Shown here one piece after another: positions 63,640 through 64,000 of a stretch of 64,000 nucleotides of DNA. The stretch is taken from assembly GCA_051362555.1 (NCBI GenBank), contig CM120640.1, positions 17,174,001 to 17,238,000 on the forward strand, read 5' to 3'. Both the position numbers and the translations under genes were made by a program. Under the pieces are notes generated by a model that worked only from the letters and a program-made list of their open reading frames with translations, was not told where the DNA came from and made no database searches. Position 1 is the first letter of the stretch; the number at the start of each line of letters is the position of its first letter. Source of the DNA: Lingula anatina (taxonomy: Eukaryota; Animalia; Brachiopoda).

Positions 63640-63841
63640 ATGTAGGCCTACACATGGACATTTTGACTTCACCAGTTCTAAAAAATATATAATTCTGCAA
63701 CATCTACGAGATCAGGGAGCGTATTGGTCAGTACAGTCGGAAGACATCTCTTGCCAAGCTGGCATACTGGATAACAATTCATTCGTAGACCTTGAGTACT
63801 GGAGTATCCATAAAACATTTGCTATGGTTACTTATATTTAA
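63640..63841 (+). CDS. Candidate alternative or readthrough terminal coding exon of GABBR2 (66 codons, ending MVTYI)
   Basis: Acceptor TTTCCAG at 63633-63639. Open in the phase-2 frame required by both donor 61913 and donor 63225. Confidence 0.5.
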
Positions 63842-64000
63842 ATATTAATGAGACAATTTTGATCTGCCTTACGGCCTAAGAAGAAAGCAGGCCTGCAACT
63901 CACGATGTAGAATCGAAGGTTGAAGAGGTGCTCGTACCTACAATGTAACTCCCGGTGAACATCTGTTGAGATGCGCTGGTTGACAGAAGACAAAACCAGT

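Overview
AT-rich, intron-rich genomic DNA from an animal, probably a non-vertebrate bilaterian (taxon is inference). No prokaryotic features, rRNA, intact tRNA or CRISPR were found. Eight protein-coding genes could be spliced by hand with consistent intron phases. In order: two tandem Lsi2/ArsB-NhaD-type transporter paralogs (+), SERGEF (-), NFYA (+), SCNM1 (-), calumenin (+), a CCP-CCP-MAM-mucin-TM receptor resembling arthropod class C scavenger receptors (+), and a GABA-B receptor subunit 2 gene (+). SERGEF/NFYA and SCNM1/calumenin are head-to-head pairs. Introns and intergenic DNA carry several non-autonomous DNA elements (TTAA-type MITEs, a long-TIR Harbinger-type MITE, a Helentron/HINE-like element). 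Most notable: (1) an animal Lsi2-like pair, one with mostly canonical motifs plus a signal peptide and one with degenerate transport motifs; (2) an in-frame TGA inside a frame-preserving GABA-B2 exon followed by another open exon ending in a PDZ-type motif; (3) the SR-C-like receptor; (4) a GC-AG intron in the splicing factor SCNM1; (5) CCAAT and CCACGT motif clusters in the two bidirectional promoters. All exon coordinates are manual predictions without transcript evidence.
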